From NCBI RefSeq assembly GCF_009914755.1, contig NC_060936.1: 64,000 nucleotides of DNA. One strand, written 5' to 3'. This document shows positions 62,632-64,000 of this stretch, piece by piece. This DNA comes from the human T2T-CHM13v2.0 reference genome, Homo sapiens. The notes beneath the pieces were generated by a model. That model was not told where the DNA came from, did not search any database, and was given only the letters and a program-made list of their open reading frames with translations. Positions within the stretch are counted from its first letter, which is position 1; the number at the start of each line of letters is the position of its first letter. Made by a program: the position numbers and the translations under genes.

Positions 62632-64000
62632 TTGGGCCTGATTAATCACCTTATTGCTGAATATTCCACCTGAGAGCTCTGTGGGCATTTCAAACTCAGC
62701 TTATCCTGTATTGAACATTCAAAGGTTGTTCCTCTTCTGTGCTTCCTATTTCAGTGAGTGGCACTACCATTTAACCTGATGTTCATTTTCCACTCCTTTC
62801 TCTCCCTCATTCTACCTTCCTATCAATTGCAAAGTCCTGTCATTGTCATTGTCCCTTCTAGATATCTGTAGAATATGTCCACTGGTCTACATCCTTGTAG
62901 GATATCTGTTTAATTCATAGACTCATAGTGGTTTCTTTGCTTAGTCTATTTTTTTTTACGCTGCAGCCAGAGTTATTCTAAAACATAAATACATCCAAAC
63001 CACTCTTTGGCTTGAATCTAACCATGTTTCAGGTAGTTCTCAGATTAAAGTAAAAACTTTTTTAACAAGAACTTGCAAAACCCCTTTTTACCAGACTTTG
63101 TGCCATACGCAAACCTATTTTCTGCAACTTGAGAATGCCTTGCTCTCTATTCTTCAGTTATCTGCAAATAGTATTTCTTCTGCATAGGATTTTCTTTACT
63201 CCATCCTCCCAACCTTTTGGATGACTTCCTTGATCCGTAGCTTAAGCATCACTTCTTCCAAGAAGCCTTCCTGACTCCCTGGGCCATGTTTGATTTTCCA
63301 TCCGGTTGCTCTCAGTGCACTCTGAACTCTTCCCATGGTAACATTTATTATGCCATACCATAATTACCTATTTACAAATATGCACAAAGATAGGAATCAG
63401 TTTACCATGTTCATTTGTGCATCCCCAACTTCTAACACAAATCCTGTCATCAAGCAGATGCCCAATTAATATTTGCTGGATGAATTAAAGAGAAATAACT
63501 TGGATTCAGGTATTAATGATAATTGATTATTATTAGCTATTGGTTCATATGAATAGTTGGTGTTCGTTGAGCATGCTTAACATTTTATTCTATCTCTTTC
63601 ATCCTTAAAACAACCAATTAAAGACCGGCAGTATTATCCTCACATTACAAATTAAAATCTGAAGCCCCTGAAAGTTTAGAATAACTTGCCCAAAGTTATG
63701 TAACTGCTAAACAACAAAATCAAAATAACCTGGGGCTACCTAAGTGAAACACTCATTCTTTTAATTTCTATACCAGGTATGATGAACTTTCTGGATCTCT
63801 TTGTTCTCATAGAGCCTTCACAGAAGGTGGGTAACCAGAGAGGGATGTTGCTTAAGTCAGAGTCATCCTGAGCTGAGCCGTTATCTGTTCACCTATAAGG
63901 CCAGCTTCCATTTGCTGGGCCTGAAATGGAGCTCAAGACTTCAATATTTTCTTCAGTTTGTTTGGATGTATGTCAAAAAGCTTTTCTGAGAGTAAGCCTC

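Overview
Primate (human-like), AT-rich genomic DNA dominated by interspersed repeats. I find no recognisable protein-coding exon, rRNA, tRNA or CpG island, so it is most likely intronic or intergenic, and I cannot name the locus. All long ORFs in the track come from LINE-1, Alu or low-complexity sequence. The first 13 kb is a nested LINE-1 structure: an old + strand L1 (L1PA16/17-L1PB age) is split by a full-length - strand L1PA3-type element that still carries the 129-bp ZNF93-binding 5'UTR segment. That element has two tandem 3' ends, an outer L1PA3-type and an inner L1PA2-type, which suggests a younger L1 inserted into it and formed a chimera. The rest holds 13 Alus (many with TSDs), MIR/L2/L1M fossils, hAT DNA transposons, MaLR and ERV LTRs (including a two-LTR MLT1 remnant and a MER41A solo LTR) and microsatellites. 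Structure not explained by repeat families: a ~335-bp inverted duplication 11.4 kb apart that spans a Charlie/MLT1 junction, a 140-bp hairpin beside its right breakpoint, a ~210-bp direct repeat whose copies both end at splice-donor consensus, and several smaller local duplications. I did not find evidence for a new multi-gene system. Subfamily calls rest on my recollection of consensus diagnostics and need RepeatMasker/Dfam confirmation.
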